A stretch of DNA of 64,000 bases from Vermamoeba vermiformis (lineage: Eukaryota), in contig JBEWZL010000184.1 of NCBI GenBank assembly GCA_045837725.1, positions 124,001 to 188,000 on the forward strand, given 5' to 3'. Under the pieces are notes generated by a model. It searched no databases, was not told where the DNA came from, and saw only the letters and a list, made by a program, of their open reading frames with translations. The translations under genes and the position numbers were made by a program. Below are positions 62,671-64,000 of the stretch, piece after piece (the first letter of the stretch is position 1; every line of letters starts with the position of its first letter).

Positions 62671-64000
62671 ATGATAGTAATCAAATTAGTCGTTTTACTA
62701 GCCATTTGCGTCTCGTGTCGTGGATGGCTGATCCTCAATGACACCCAAATAACTTGTCCTGGAGTGATTTATCCTCATTCGATGCAAGGATCCGATATGG
62801 TGGAAGGACTAGTGGTTTATGACAACAGCTCAGATATCGCAGGCAAAATTGTGGTCTCTCATATTGGATATCCAACAGCCGTCCGGGATTTGCAAAATCA
62901 AGGAGCAATCGGTGTTATATTCGTAGAATTTGCACGTAAGTATAGAATATAATACCATCTAAAAGAAATTAAATAAGCGGTTAAATACTTCTAACTTTCT
63001 ACTTGTCTTTGGATAACAAATCGCAATAATTGATTATATGGCTATGTAAAGCATTAATTGGTAACCACGCACCAATATTCTTGACATTTGCGAGCTTTTT
63101 TCCGAGGATGAAATTATTTAACGAGGATCTGCCCGCGATCCACAATTTAATTCGTCAATGATTACATTCAGATATGATTGCGTTACGCAAACTATAATAA
63201 GCGTGCGAGAATCCGATTAGCTCCTGTTTCATTAACTAATTTGGAAATGTCTTTTATTTCATGACACAATGTTGTAAAAACGGGGAACAAGCGATCCGAA
63301 TCAAATATAGCAGAGAACTAATTATAACTTATTCTTATAGTTGTCCCTGGTCTTGCTATGTTTGCTGTTAGCGGAAATGAGCGCGATATAGCCATTCCCG
63401 TTTGTCAAACCTTTCAAGCGAACATCGATCTTGTCCTCGGACAAATCGTGCAACTGGATCCGACCGGTATGTCGTTGAATATTATTAATTAGCTCAATTT
63501 TAGCAAGCAACACTACAATCAAGTTGTTATTCAGCCGCAAAACCTTTACAGCAATTGCAATTTTTTGACACTGACCTTGGATCTTGTTCACAGAGCCCAA
63601 TCAGTGGGCCATTGTCAACGGCAGTCCAGTAACTATCGTATTTCAAGTGGTAGTCGCAGCATTTTGCCTCACAAACATCGTTCTTGCTATTCATCGCAGC
63701 GCATTATTTGTTCGTGCATTTGGTCCCGTAATCGGATTCGCTCAAATCTGTCTAGCATGCGAGATTATAGCCAATACAGGTACATAATAGTAATAGTATT
63801 AACAATAGTAATAACTCCTGGTGTGCTTAGCGCGACTAGTTTATGCGGCTGTAGATCCAGCCTTCACGCGTCAAATCTTCCCGTTCACAGTTGGTTACGT
63901 GCTACTCACCGTCAGCTTTCCATTCACATTTGCAGCACTGTTCTTGATGACATTCTACTGGCACGAAATGATCTCCAAGACCTCGTTGAAAATCAACAGG
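62671..64000 (+). CDS. Signal peptide plus PA-like domain plus multi-pass membrane domain (3' truncated)
   Basis: IAGKIVV...LQNQGAIGVIF (PA-domain-like), followed by several TM helices ending LFLMTFYWHE. Confidence 0.6.

Overview
This is a gene-dense eukaryotic (protist-like, possibly amoebozoan) nuclear segment. It has short GT-AG introns (mostly about 45-70 nt, with CTAAC/CTGAC-type branch points) and very short intergenic spacers. About 30 protein genes can be assembled by splicing the ORF fragments: ubinuclein-like (partial), DCN1-like, PDS5, Tim17-family, ING, glucosidase II beta, PPWD1, RPAP1, VPS16, an AT-hook/Zn-finger microprotein, an Mre11-Rad50 (SbcD-SbcC/gp47-gp46-like) fusion, PGK, HELLS/DDM1-like, KIF15-like, centrin, VPS33, TRAP1, a SWIM protein, p62-like, RPL17, an LYR protein, PIG-B, a Rab1-like GTPase, SDH6-like, DHX37 and DOLPP1. 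There is also a tRNA-Sec gene. Four observations stand out. (1) A roughly 9.8-18.3 kb island, peaking inside the RPAP1 coding sequence, is saturated with palindromic transcription-factor-type motifs (CACGTG E-boxes, MEF2 CTA(A/T)4TAG, SRF CC(A/T)6GG, TGACA-NN-TGTCA). (2) A Rab1 paralogue has lost its C-terminal prenylation tail and gained an N-terminal MGC acylation signal. (3) An intron-containing single-chain Mre11-Rad50 nuclease/ATPase carries a possible mitochondrial presequence. (4) A HELLS/DDM1 remodeller has an HMG box inserted within its ATPase. Gene models and motif counts were made by eye, and no database searches were run.
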